DNA from: Christensenellaceae bacterium
GTDB lineage: Bacteria > Bacillota > Clostridia > Christensenellales > Borkfalkiaceae
DNA: 47,332 bases
Direction: 5' to 3'
Assembly: GCA_045632585.1 (NCBI GenBank)
Contig: JAZQWW010000031.1
Location: 1 to 47,332, forward strand
The position numbers were made by a program, and so were the translations under genes. Every line of letters begins with the position of its first letter. Position 1 is the stretch's first letter. The notes beneath the pieces are model-generated. The model saw only the letters and a program-made list of their open reading frames with translations. It ran no database searches and was not told where the DNA came from. Positions 1 to 10,150 of this stretch are shown piece after piece.

Positions 1-1
1 T

Positions 2-691
2 TTACACGAACACGTTTTTTATAAAAAAACCGTTTCGGACGAGTATTTAGCGTCGTCCGCTACTTGTACCGAACCCACTAAATATTATTTCTCTTGCGAT
101 TGTGGGGAACACGGCGAACAAACCTTTGACGAAGGTGTACCATTAGGACATTGCTACCAAAATTACGTTTGTGAAACATGTGGTGCGGAAGAGTGTAGTC
201 AAGGTTTAGAGTGGAAACACGAAGTTTATACAAACACCTATACCTTAATGAAATTAGGCGATTGTACTGACGAAGAAGTTATAATTCCTTCTACTTATAA
301 CGGTTTACCCGTGACTAAAATAAAGGACAGGGCTTTTTACTATACTAACGTTAAAAAAATTGTAATAGGTAATAGCGTGACGAGTATAGGGACTTATGCT
401 TTCCACGGCTGTAAAAATCTAGAAAGCGTAGTGATAGGTAGTTTGGTTAGTGAAATCGGCGAATTTGCTTTTAGGGAATGTACTTCGCTAACTGAGATAG
501 TTATTCCAGAAGGCGTTAAAACTTTGGGGGCGAAAACATTTTTCGGTTGTAGCGACGCCTTAAAAATTTATTGCAGAGCGCAAGGTAGACCTAGTGGCTG
601 GAGTAGTGACTGGAATTTATATAAAAAGACACAATCGGGGCTAAACAGTTTTACAACGTACTCTTACGTTCCAACGTGGAATTACGCTTAG
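2..691 (+). CDS. Leucine-rich-repeat (BspA-type) surface protein, 5'-truncated by the window edge
   Basis: The frame of the listed 248..691 ORF stays open back to nt 2, so Met248 is internal. The C-terminal half has three ~23-aa repeats (I-x-x-S-V-x-x-I-G-x-x-A-F-x-x-C-x-x-L). The upstream part is Cys-rich (SCDCGEHG, CETCGAEEC). A hairpin terminator follows. Confidence 0.7.
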   Translation, partial: LHEHVFYKKTVSDEYLASSATCTEPTKYYFSCDCGEHGEQTFDEGVPLGHCYQNYVCETCGAEECSQGLEWKHEVYTNTYTLMKLGDCTDEEVIIPSTYNGLPVTKIKDRAFYYTNVKKIVIGNSVTSIGTYAFHGCKNLESVVIGSLVSEIGEFAFRECTSLTEIVIPEGVKTLGAKTFFGCSDALKIYCRAQGRPSGWSSDWNLYKKTQSGLNSFTTYSYVPTWNYA

Positions 692-707
692 ATTTTATAA
701 AAAAATG

Positions 708-738
708 AAAAGACTTTTCTTTTGAAAGGTCTTTTTTT
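708..738 (+). terminator. Rho-independent terminator of the LRR gene
   Basis: AAAGACTTTTC / GAAAGGTCTTT stem (one G-U), 4-nt loop, T7 tract. Confidence 0.6.
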
Positions 739-789
739 AATATTTATATTAAATAAATTCAAAAAATCCTTAAAAACGCTTAAAATTTC

Positions 790-818
790 TTGCAATATCA
801 AGAATATTATGTTAAAAT
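790..818 (+). promoter_or_regulatory. Sigma-A-type promoter of rpsB-tsf
   Basis: TTGCAA, 17 nt, TGtTAAAAT (extended -10). Confidence 0.5.
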
Positions 819-936
819 TAACAAGCAAAAAAATTCACACTCGGTATTTGGTGCTTTCGTGTCTTTAAAAATTTTTCAATTAAAGATGTTGCGCCTAAAA
901 CAAAAATATCGGGGAGGAGAAACGGAGGAATTTATT

Positions 937-1692
937 ATGGCAGTTATCACAATGAAGCAACTTCTTGAAACTGGTGTTCACTTTGGACATCAAACGAGAC
1001 GTTGGAACCCAAAAATGAAGAAGTACATTTATGGCGAAAGAAACGGTATTCATATTATCAACCTTGAACAAACCGTTGAAATTATCGAAAAAGACGTTTA
1101 CCCTTTCGTTGTAGAACAAGTAAAAAATGGCAAAACCATTTTATTTGTTGGTACCAAAAAGCAAGCTCAAGACGCTATCAAAGAAGAAGCAGAAAGATGC
1201 GGAATGTCCTACGTTAACAGCAGATGGCTTGGCGGTATGCTTACTAACTTCAAAACTATTCGTTCAAGAATAGATAGACTAAACAAACTTAACAATATGG
1301 AAAAGATGGGAGAATTTGACCTTCTTCCTAAGAAAGAAGTTATCGGCTTAAAAGCAGAAAGAGATAAGCTAGAAACCAACCTTGGCGGTATTAAGGAAAT
1401 GAGAACTCTTCCTGGTCTTATGTTCGTGGTTGACCCTGACCAAGAAGATATCGCTGTTTTAGAAGCAAAAAAACTAAACATTCCAATTATTGCTATTACC
1501 GATACCAACTGTGATCCAGACGCTGTTGACCTTGCTATCCCTGGAAACGACGACGCAATTAGAGCAGTTAAACTAATTGCATCAGTTATCGCTGACGCCG
1601 TTATCGAAGCAAAACAAGGCGAAGACGTTAAGGAAAAAGTTGAAGAAGTAGTTAGCGAAGATGCTACGGAAGAAGTAGCAACTCAAGAATAA
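937..1692 (+). CDS. rpsB: 30S ribosomal protein S2
   Basis: [27 protein letters not shown] is a canonical S2 N-terminus. The ATG at 937 follows GGAGGAGAAACGGAGGA. The listed 790 start lies inside the promoter -35. Confidence 0.97.
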   Translation: MAVITMKQLLETGVHFGHQTRRWNPKMKKYIYGERNGIHIINLEQTVEIIEKDVYPFVVEQVKNGKTILFVGTKKQAQDAIKEEAERCGMSYVNSRWLGGMLTNFKTIRSRIDRLNKLNNMEKMGEFDLLPKKEVIGLKAERDKLETNLGGIKEMRTLPGLMFVVDPDQEDIAVLEAKKLNIPIIAITDTNCDPDAVDLAIPGNDDAIRAVKLIASVIADAVIEAKQGEDVKEKVEEVVSEDATEEVATQE

Positions 1693-1716
1693 TTATATTT
1701 TAAGGAGAAATTGATT

Positions 1717-2613
1717 ATGTTTACAGGTAGTGACGTTATAGCATTGCGTCAAAAAACTGGCGCAGGCGTTTTAGATTGTAAAAAGGCTCTTACTGAAACT
1801 AATGGTGATATGGACAAGGCAGTTGACCTTTTAAGAGAAAAGGGTATTGCAACTGCTGCAAAAAAAGCATCAAGAATTGCTGCAGAAGGTATCGTATCTG
1901 CTAAGGTTTGTGGAAACATAGGTTCATTAGTTGAAGTTAACTGTGAAACCGACTTCGTTGCTAAAGGCGACCAATACATTGAATTCGTAAACGGCGTAGT
2001 TGACTACGTTCTTAATAACGAAGTAAAAGATATCGCTCAATTAGTTGCTGAAAAGAGTGAAGAAACTATTGCTGCAACTGCAAAAATCGGCGAAAAGATT
2101 TCTATCCGTCGTTTTGAAAAATACGTAGCAAGCGAAAACGGCCTTGTTGAAAGTTATATTCATATGGGTGGAAAAGTTGGCGTTCTTATCGAAATCGAAG
2201 GTTGCACTTGCGAAAAAGCACACGAACTTGCTCACGATTTAGCGCTTCAAATCGCCGCAGCAAAACCACTTTATCTTGACGAAACCGAAGTTCCAGCAGA
2301 CATCATTGAACATGAAAAAGAAATTCTTCTTGCTCAAATTGAAAATGATGAAAAACTTAAAAACAAGCCTGAAATGGTTAAAGAAAATATGGTTAAGGGT
2401 AAAATTCAAAAATACTTTGATGAAAACTGCTTACTAAGACAAGCGTTCATTAAAGACCCTGCTCAAAAAATTAGCGCAGTTGTTAAAGCGTCTGGCGATT
2501 CGATGGGTAAGACTTTAACCGTTAAGAGATTTGCTCGTTTTGAAATGGGCGAAGGTTTAGAAAAGAAATCTAACGATTTCGCTGCTGAAGTAGAAGCTCA
2601 AATGAAAAAATAA
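1717..2613 (+). CDS. tsf: Elongation factor Ts
   Basis: ALRQKTGAGVLDCKKAL (UBA-like EF-Ts N-terminus), conserved position after rpsB. ATG 1717 is 9 nt after AAGGAGA; the listed TTG 1711 is too close to the RBS. Confidence 0.96.
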   Translation: MFTGSDVIALRQKTGAGVLDCKKALTETNGDMDKAVDLLREKGIATAAKKASRIAAEGIVSAKVCGNIGSLVEVNCETDFVAKGDQYIEFVNGVVDYVLNNEVKDIAQLVAEKSEETIAATAKIGEKISIRRFEKYVASENGLVESYIHMGGKVGVLIEIEGCTCEKAHELAHDLALQIAAAKPLYLDETEVPADIIEHEKEILLAQIENDEKLKNKPEMVKENMVKGKIQKYFDENCLLRQAFIKDPAQKISAVVKASGDSMGKTLTVKRFARFEMGEGLEKKSNDFAAEVEAQMKK

Positions 2614-2619
2614 TTATTA

Positions 2620-2650
2620 AACCGACTGAATATTTCAGTCGGTTTTTTTA
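2620..2650 (+). terminator. Rho-independent terminator after tsf
   Basis: ACCGACTGAA / TTCAGTCGGT 10-bp stem, 3-nt loop, T7 tract. Confidence 0.8.
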
Positions 2651-2693
2651 TGCTAAATTTTTCACGCTTTAGGTAAAAGTTGCTTACTTACTA

Positions 2694-2722
2694 TTTACAA
2701 ATTGATAAAAAAAGTATATAAT
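2694..2722 (+). promoter_or_regulatory. Sigma-A-type promoter of pyrH-frr-uppS-cdsA-dxr-rseP
   Basis: TTTACA, 17 nt, TATAAT. Confidence 0.5.
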
Positions 2723-2756
2723 GTTTAAGATAATACTTTCTTTAGGAGAAAAAGAA

Positions 2757-3464
2757 ATGTCACAAGTAAAATATAATAGAGTTGTTATAAAACTTTCGGG
2801 CGAAGCGCTATCTGGCGAAAAGGGACACGGTCTTGACGAAAAGGTTTTAGATAGTATTACCGACGAAATTATTGCAGTTCATAAATTAGGCGTTGAAATT
2901 GCTATAATCGTTGGTGGCGGAAACTTTTGGCGCGGAAGGCAAGGTTTAGAAATGGATAGAAGCACGGCTGACCATATGGGTATGCTTGCTACGGTTATGA
3001 ATGCGTTAGCGCTTCAAGATGCGTTAGAGAGAAAAAATATGCCGACTAGAGTTCAAACGGCGCTAACTATTACTAGAGTTGCCGAACCTTATATTTTAAG
3101 AAAGGCAATGAGCCACTTAAATAAGGGAATGATAGTTATATTTGCTTGTGGAACGGGTAATCCGTATTTTACCACAGATACTGCTGCAGCGCTTAGAACG
3201 GCTGAAATCGGTGGAGATATCTTACTTCTCGCTAAAAACGTTGACGGTATTTACGATAGCGACCCAAGAGTTAATCCTGATGCTAAAAAACTCGAAGAAG
3301 TTTCTTATAAAGATTATATCGTTAAGGGATTAAAGGCTATGGATACTACGGCAATTACTATTTGTATGGAAAATAAAATCCCCGTATTATCTTTCGGTCT
3401 ATTTGAAAAAGACGCACTAGTTCGCGCGGTTAAAGGCGAAAAAATAGGCACGATTATTAAATAA
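2757..3464 (+). CDS. pyrH: UMP kinase
   Basis: YNRVVIKLSGEAL and IVGGGNFWRG motifs. ATG 2757 follows AGGAGAAAAAG. Conserved tsf-pyrH-frr order. Confidence 0.96.
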   Translation: MSQVKYNRVVIKLSGEALSGEKGHGLDEKVLDSITDEIIAVHKLGVEIAIIVGGGNFWRGRQGLEMDRSTADHMGMLATVMNALALQDALERKNMPTRVQTALTITRVAEPYILRKAMSHLNKGMIVIFACGTGNPYFTTDTAAALRTAEIGGDILLLAKNVDGIYDSDPRVNPDAKKLEEVSYKDYIVKGLKAMDTTAITICMENKIPVLSFGLFEKDALVRAVKGEKIGTIIK

Positions 3465-3477
3465 AAGGAGAGTAAAA

Positions 3478-4053
3478 ATGGCTATAGAAAACGAACAAAT
3501 TGAAATGATTATGATGGAAGCAATGGAAAGGTGTGACAAAACCGTTTCCGTGCTTAACGGTGAATATATTACTATTCGTGCAGGCAGAGCAAACCCGCAT
3601 ATTTTAGATAAAGTTTTAGTTGATTATTATGGAACGCCTTCGCCAATCAATCAAGTTGGAAACATTTCTGTTTCAGAAGGAAGATGTCTTGTTATCGCAC
3701 CGTGGGACGCTAGTATGTTAAAGGTAATAGAAAAGCAACTTCTTGCTGAAAACCTTGGCATTACACCTGCAAACGACGGTAAAGTAATTAGACTTGTTTT
3801 CCCAGTTTTAACTGAAGATAGAAGAAGAGAACTCGTTAAACAAACCAAGAAAATGGCTGAAGATTCAAAGGTGGCGATACGTAATATTCGTAGAGACGCT
3901 ATGGACGCTCTAAAGAAAATGAAAAACAACAAAGAAATTTCTGAAGACGTACACGCATCAAGCGAAAAAGAAGTTGACAAACTTATTAGCGAAGCAATAG
4001 AAAAAATCGAAAAACTATCTATTGAAAAAGAAAAGGATATAATGTCTGTTTAA
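3478..4053 (+). CDS. frr: Ribosome recycling factor
   Basis: 191 aa with IRAGRANPHILD and LTEDRRRELVK, typical RRF. AGGAG lies upstream. Confidence 0.96.
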   Translation: MAIENEQIEMIMMEAMERCDKTVSVLNGEYITIRAGRANPHILDKVLVDYYGTPSPINQVGNISVSEGRCLVIAPWDASMLKVIEKQLLAENLGITPANDGKVIRLVFPVLTEDRRRELVKQTKKMAEDSKVAIRNIRRDAMDALKKMKNNKEISEDVHASSEKEVDKLISEAIEKIEKLSIEKEKDIMSV

Positions 4054-4748
4054 TGGCTACTGATAAAATACCAAATCACGTCGGAATAATTATGGACGGC
4101 AACGGTAGGTGGGCGCAAGCACGTGGAAAAAACCGTTCATACGGACACAAGTATGGCTCTGACAACGTAAATAGGGTGGTTGAATACGCTTTTAGTAAAG
4201 GCATTAAAACCGTGTCGTTGTACGCTTTTTCGTCTGAAAACTGGGCAAGACCTAAAGAAGAAGTTGACGAACTTATGCGCCTGCTTGAAGTTTATTTTAA
4301 AAAGTTTATAAGCAAAATCTTAAAGAACAACGTTCGTCTTTTTGTAATGGGCGATATTTCGGTGCTTTCCGACAAACTTAATAAAATAATTATCGACGCA
4401 ATGGAAAAGTCTAAAAACAATGATGGAAACGTTCTAAATATCGGAATTAATTACGGTGGTAGACAAGAAATCGTTAAGGCTTGCAAAAGTCTAATTGAAA
4501 AGGGTGAAGAAATTACGGTTGAAGGTATTTCTAACAACCTTTATTCCGCACCGTTTGGGGAGCCGGATTTGATTATTAGAACGGGTGGAGAATTAAGACT
4601 TTCAAACTTTATGTTATATCAAGGCGCATATTCGGAACTTTATTTTACCGACGTTTTGTGGCCTGACTTTGACGAGATTGAGTTTGATAAGGCAATGCAA
4701 AGTTTTGCTATTAGAAACCGTAGATACGGAAAGGTGGATAATGCTTAA
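4053..4748 (+). CDS. uppS: Undecaprenyl-diphosphate synthase (cis-prenyltransferase)
   Basis: HVGIIMDGNGRWA and IRTGGELRLSNF motifs. TAATG overlap with the frr stop. Confidence 0.95.
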   Translation: MATDKIPNHVGIIMDGNGRWAQARGKNRSYGHKYGSDNVNRVVEYAFSKGIKTVSLYAFSSENWARPKEEVDELMRLLEVYFKKFISKILKNNVRLFVMGDISVLSDKLNKIIIDAMEKSKNNDGNVLNIGINYGGRQEIVKACKSLIEKGEEITVEGISNNLYSAPFGEPDLIIRTGGELRLSNFMLYQGAYSELYFTDVLWPDFDEIEFDKAMQSFAIRNRRYGKVDNA

Positions 4749-5592
4749 AAGAACAATTTCGGGCGCAGTTTTCGTTATGATAATTGTCGCCTTCTTAATT
4801 TTAAGACAATTCGTAGATTATAGATTGTTTAATATTTTGCCGTGGTTTTTTTCAATAGTAGGAACTTTTGAAATTGCAAGGGCAATGAAAAAATATTTAC
4901 TTAAGGGCGTTTTTTTAATTATCATTATATACGGCGCTCTATTTTTGCCACATTATGCGCTAATTGAATATTTTATATTTACAGGCTACGGCGTATATTT
5001 TGCGCTTTCACTAGCAATTATTGCAGTAATTTTAACCGTTATTTACGCACTAATTAAAAGACTTAATTTTAAGTTAATATTAGTAAACTGCTTGGGACTA
5101 ATATATCCAACTTTATTTACGCTTTCTATGGTGCTAGTAAACGATTTAAACGTAAAACTAGGCTTTATAGCAATAGTTATGATTTTTGCTATTGCGCCTT
5201 GTACTGATACTTTTGCATATTTGGTGGGCTTAACCTATAAAAAAATAAGAAAAGGAAAAGTTAAACCATTATGCCCTAAATTAAGTCCTAAAAAGACGGT
5301 TGCAGGTGCAATCGGGGGGCTTTTGGGTGGCGCAATTTCAAGTATGTTGGTTTATTTTATATTTAATCCACAATTAAGCATAAAAATAGTTTGGCTATTT
5401 TTCTTAACGGTTGGCGTTATAGCGTCTATATTAACTCAAATAGGTGACTTATTTGAAAGTTATATTAAAAGAAAAGTTGGTATTAAAGACATAGGAAATA
5501 TTATGCCGGGACACGGCGGGGTTATGGATAGAATTGACGGAATAAGTTTTGTTTCGGCGCTAATCTATATAGTGTTTTTAACGGTGATATAA
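4741..5592 (+). CDS. cdsA: Phosphatidate cytidylyltransferase
   Basis: Multi-TM protein with the C-terminal signature ESYIKRKVGIKDIGNIMPGHGGVMDRIDG. ATG 4741 is preceded by GGTGGA and overlaps the uppS end by 8 nt. The listed 4669 start lies inside uppS. Confidence 0.93.
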   Translation: MLKRTISGAVFVMIIVAFLILRQFVDYRLFNILPWFFSIVGTFEIARAMKKYLLKGVFLIIIIYGALFLPHYALIEYFIFTGYGVYFALSLAIIAVILTVIYALIKRLNFKLILVNCLGLIYPTLFTLSMVLVNDLNVKLGFIAIVMIFAIAPCTDTFAYLVGLTYKKIRKGKVKPLCPKLSPKKTVAGAIGGLLGGAISSMLVYFIFNPQLSIKIVWLFFLTVGVIASILTQIGDLFESYIKRKVGIKDIGNIMPGHGGVMDRIDGISFVSALIYIVFLTVI

Positions 5593-5596
5593 GAAT

Positions 5597-6724
5597 ATGA
5601 AAAAAATCGCATTGATAGGTAGTACGGGTTCTATAGGCGTTCAAACGCTTAACGTTGTGCGCCGTTATCCCGAACAATTTAAGATAGTTTCACTTTCGGC
5701 TGGAAATAATTCTAGCCTTTTAGAAGAGCAAATTAAAGAGTTTAATCCCAAAGTTGCAACTTGTCAAAAAGAAATAGTAAATAAAGAAAAGGGTGTAGAA
5801 TACTTTTTTGGCGACAATGCGTTTACTAACGCTATTATAAGTGATGCCGATATAGTCGTAGTGGCGCTTGTAGGATTTAAGGGTATTATAGCAGTCGTTG
5901 ACGCTATAAATAAGGGTAAAAATATTGCGCTAGCAAATAAAGAAAGTCTAGTTGTTGGCGGAAGTTTAGTGACTAGTCTTGCAAAAGAAAAAAACGTAAA
6001 AATCGTTCCGATAGACAGCGAGCATTCTGCTATATGGCAGGCGTTAGATTTTGACTTTGATAAGCCTTTTAATAGAATTATATTAACTGCTAGTGGCGGT
6101 GCGTTTAGAGATTATGATAGCGATAGGTTAAGTTCGGTAAAGGCGAGCGACGCTCTAAAACATCCCAACTGGAATATGGGCGCAAAAATAACCGTTGACT
6201 GTGCTACTATGGTAAATAAAGCGTTTGAAGTAATAGAAGCAAAATGGCTCTATAAATGCGCCATAGATAAAATAGACGTAATAATTCACCGTGAAAGTAT
6301 CATACACTCTATGGTAGAGTTTTGTGATGGTGCTACGATAGCGCAATTAAGTTATCCTACTATGGAACTTCCTATTCAACTTGCGTTAACGTATCCTAAT
6401 AGACTAATATCTAACGTAAAAGGTTTAAATTTTGCAAAACTCGGCAAACTAACCTTTGAAGAACTTGACGAAAAGAAATATCCGTGTTTTAATACGGTTT
6501 TATCTTGTGCGAAAAAGGGTGGAATATATACGGCGCTTGTTAACGGCGCAAACGATATGGCTGTAGAAATGTTTTTAAAAGACAAAATTGCATACGGCGA
6601 TATATATAAAGCGTTAAACGCTGTAATAGACGGCTACGATTTGAATTTTAAGACTGATTTAGAAGGTTTAATACTTGCTAACGATTACGCAAAAAGCAAG
6701 GTAAAAGAAATGTTTGGGGATTAA
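5597..6724 (+). CDS. dxr: 1-deoxy-D-xylulose 5-phosphate reductoisomerase
   Basis: IALIGSTGSIGVQTL N-terminus, LANKESLV, IDSEHSAIWQ, NMGAKITVD motifs. Confidence 0.96.
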   Translation: MKKIALIGSTGSIGVQTLNVVRRYPEQFKIVSLSAGNNSSLLEEQIKEFNPKVATCQKEIVNKEKGVEYFFGDNAFTNAIISDADIVVVALVGFKGIIAVVDAINKGKNIALANKESLVVGGSLVTSLAKEKNVKIVPIDSEHSAIWQALDFDFDKPFNRIILTASGGAFRDYDSDRLSSVKASDALKHPNWNMGAKITVDCATMVNKAFEVIEAKWLYKCAIDKIDVIIHRESIIHSMVEFCDGATIAQLSYPTMELPIQLALTYPNRLISNVKGLNFAKLGKLTFEELDEKKYPCFNTVLSCAKKGGIYTALVNGANDMAVEMFLKDKIAYGDIYKALNAVIDGYDLNFKTDLEGLILANDYAKSKVKEMFGD

Positions 6725-7839
6725 TGAATTATTTGTTTTTAACTAGTTTTGGCGAAACTGCAACTTTTATATTTTATATACTTCTTGCGATACTAATTTT
6801 ACTTGTTATGATAACTGTTCACGAATTTGGACATTATATAACGGGTAAAATTTTTGGTTTTGGGATAGAAGAATTTTCTATAGGTTTTGGACCTAAACTC
6901 TTTTCAAAAAAGAAACAAAACGGCGAAGTTTTTTCTATTAGAGCCGTACCACTTGGTGGGTTTTGTTCATTTACGGGTGAAGACGCAGATAGTGAAGACC
7001 CTAAAGCGTTTAATAACAAAAAACCTTGGCAAAGAATTTTAGTGCTAATATCCGGTGCGTTTATGAATTATTTAACAGCACTAATCGTCGTGTGTTTATT
7101 GTTTGGTATATACGGTCATACGGCAATAATGACTTACGACGTAAAAGAAGAAAATAAAAACGTAGAATACTGCCTTCAAGATAGAGACGTAATACTAAAA
7201 GTAGAAGGCAAAAAGGTTTATTTAGTGACCGACTTAATCAGCGTTTTAGACGGAAGAGATGAAGGCGAAGAAATTTCGGTAGATATAATTAGGCAGGGCA
7301 AAAGACAAAATGCTATAATTAAACTTCAATGCGATACCAATTTTCAAAACGTGGAAGATTTAGAAAAACTTTGTAAATCTTTAGGCGTGGAATACAAAAC
7401 GCTTGACGACGGCGCTTTGGATATAGGCTTTAGAAGTACGGGAATAAGATTTGGTTTTTTTGAAAATCTAGCAAGCAGTTTTAGGTATACCTTTAAATTG
7501 GCGTCAACGGTATTCGTGATTTTGGGCGAATTGTTTAGTGGCGCTTTAGGTATAGGTTCGCTTGGTGGAACGGTGACTACGATTTCAGTCACGGCAAACG
7601 CTATCAAAACGGGTGGAATGTGGAGTTTACTAAATATTGCAGGCTTTATAGGCGTAAATCTTGCCGTGTTTAATTTACTACCGTTCCCAGCCCTTGACGG
7701 TTCAAGAGTAGTTTTTACAGCGATAGAATGGATAAGAAAAAAACCTATCAATCGTAGGGTAGAAGGCTTAATTCACGGTATAGGTTTCGTTTTAATACTG
7801 TTATTTGCAATATTTATAGATTTGCAACAGTGTTTTTAG
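6724..7839 (+). CDS. rseP: Site-2 (M50) intramembrane zinc metalloprotease, RseP/RasP family
   Basis: HEFGHY zinc motif, NLLPFPALDG motif, central PDZ-like region, conserved position after dxr. TAATG coupling. Confidence 0.92.
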   Translation: MNYLFLTSFGETATFIFYILLAILILLVMITVHEFGHYITGKIFGFGIEEFSIGFGPKLFSKKKQNGEVFSIRAVPLGGFCSFTGEDADSEDPKAFNNKKPWQRILVLISGAFMNYLTALIVVCLLFGIYGHTAIMTYDVKEENKNVEYCLQDRDVILKVEGKKVYLVTDLISVLDGRDEGEEISVDIIRQGKRQNAIIKLQCDTNFQNVEDLEKLCKSLGVEYKTLDDGALDIGFRSTGIRFGFFENLASSFRYTFKLASTVFVILGELFSGALGIGSLGGTVTTISVTANAIKTGGMWSLLNIAGFIGVNLAVFNLLPFPALDGSRVVFTAIEWIRKKPINRRVEGLIHGIGFVLILLFAIFIDLQQCF

Positions 7840-7871
7840 CAAAAAAAATATTCAAAAATTAAAAAAAACAG

Positions 7872-7887
7872 TGTATAACGTTATACA
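7872..7887. promoter_or_regulatory. Perfect 16-bp palindrome (candidate operator) at the gdhA promoter
   Basis: TGTATAAC|GTTATACA. Its 3' half occupies the -35 position relative to the extended -10 TGaTATAAT at 7903-7911. Confidence 0.4.
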
Positions 7888-7902
7888 ATTAATTTAATAT
7901 TG

Positions 7903-9285
<1,383 letters not shown>

Positions 9286-9308
9286 TTTGTAAAAAAGTAA
9301 TATTGAAC

Positions 9309-9342
9309 AAAAACCCGACATTGTTTAATGTCGGGTTTTTTA
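9309..9342 (+). terminator. Rho-independent terminator after gdhA
   Basis: AAACCCGACATT / AATGTCGGGTTT 12-bp stem, GTTT loop, T-tract. Confidence 0.85.
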
Positions 9343-9479
9343 TTATTTACTTGAAAAAAAGATATAAATGTGTTATCATAGTCTTGCCAAACAAACTTAA
9401 TATATACGGTTAATGGGTGTATTTTATTTTTAAATTGGATAATTATACCTTTTTTGACAATACTTTCTTATGATGAATT

Positions 9480-9488
9480 TGATAAAAT
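9480..9488 (+). promoter_or_regulatory. Extended -10 element of an orphan promoter
   Basis: TGaTAAAAT. A TTGACA lies at 9454-9459, but 23 nt upstream, which is non-canonical spacing. Confidence 0.35.
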
Positions 9489-9570
9489 GCAAATTCCGTA
9501 CATGAGAGAGTATTGTTATATGCCCAATCTGTATAAGGTTTGTTTGGCGACGACTGGAATTTGCGTTTAT

Positions 9571-9605
9571 GTGCGCAGACTTTAGTCGGCGCACTTTTTT
9601 ATTTT
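9571..9605 (+). terminator. Intrinsic terminator/attenuator hairpin directly upstream of the 9618 ORF RBS
   Basis: GTGCGCAGAC / GTCGGCGCAC (9 bp + 1 mismatch), TTTA loop, TTTTTTATTTT running into AGGAG (9606-9610). Confidence 0.6.
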
Positions 9606-9617
9606 AGGAGAAAAATT

Positions 9618-10088
9618 ATGTCAGAAACTAGCAACAACGAAAAAAAGAAGGAAAGAGGTGTTTTAAGATTTTTTGCGTTAGTGTTTTTATTTTTATTTGT
9701 GTTTTGTTTGGTTAAATGCAACGATTATCAAAAAACAGTAAATCCCCATTCTAATACAGGAAATTCGGATGGCAATTACAAGATATTTTCTCGTTCTGCA
9801 AACATAAATGATTTAACTATAGAAAGTGATTTGGATTTGTTATCTTTAGGTTTAAAATACACGATTGTTCCTAAAGTGGATATTGAAAATTTAGAATTAA
9901 CGATTTATTTAGAGGATAAAAATAATCAAACACTGAAAACTATAAATAAGAGTTTGGGGGACGTAAAGGAAGACGAAATAATAGATTTTTCTCTTTCAAT
10001 ATCTGACTATGGTCTTTCTGTATCATTAAAAGCACAGTATCAAAGCATATCAGTATCTGGTGGTACAGTAAAATATTTGTCAGATTAA
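9618..10088 (+). CDS. Hypothetical membrane-anchored protein (156 aa)
   Basis: ATG 9618 is 7 nt after AGGAG. Charged N-terminus, one hydrophobic helix (LRFFALVFLFLFVFCLV), then a ~110-aa Ser/Asn/Ile-rich region. No family recognised. The listed 9540 start runs through the terminator hairpin. Confidence 0.6.
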   Translation: MSETSNNEKKKERGVLRFFALVFLFLFVFCLVKCNDYQKTVNPHSNTGNSDGNYKIFSRSANINDLTIESDLDLLSLGLKYTIVPKVDIENLELTIYLEDKNNQTLKTINKSLGDVKEDEIIDFSLSISDYGLSVSLKAQYQSISVSGGTVKYLSD

Positions 10089-10101
10089 ATTCTTTAAAAC
10101 G

Positions 10102-10135
10102 AAAAAAAGCGTACTTTAGTTAAGTACGCTTTTTA
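10102..10135. terminator. Bidirectional terminator between the 9618 ORF and serA
   Basis: AGCGTACTT / AAGTACGCT stem flanked by an A7 tract and a T-tract. Confidence 0.7.
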
Positions 10136-10150
10136 TGTTTTAAATTTTGG

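Noticed and set aside
790-936. Upstream in-frame extension of the rpsB ORF (listed start 790)
   Set aside because: The 'start' is the TTG of the TTGCAA -35 hexamer. The conserved S2 N-terminus begins at ATG 937 behind a strong double SD.
7872-7887. Reading the gdhA palindrome as a canonical CcpA cre site or TnrA/GlnR box
   Set aside because: Both consensus sequences fit only after inserting or deleting one base at the centre, so I kept it as an unassigned operator candidate.
9487-9585. 32-codon Cys-containing ORF (MQIPYMREYCYMPNLYKVCLATTGICVYVRRL) in the leader upstream of the 9618 ORF
   Set aside because: Its ATG lies inside the candidate -10 element. Neither it nor the internal ATG 9502 has an SD. 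A leader-peptide role cannot be excluded, but nothing supports it.
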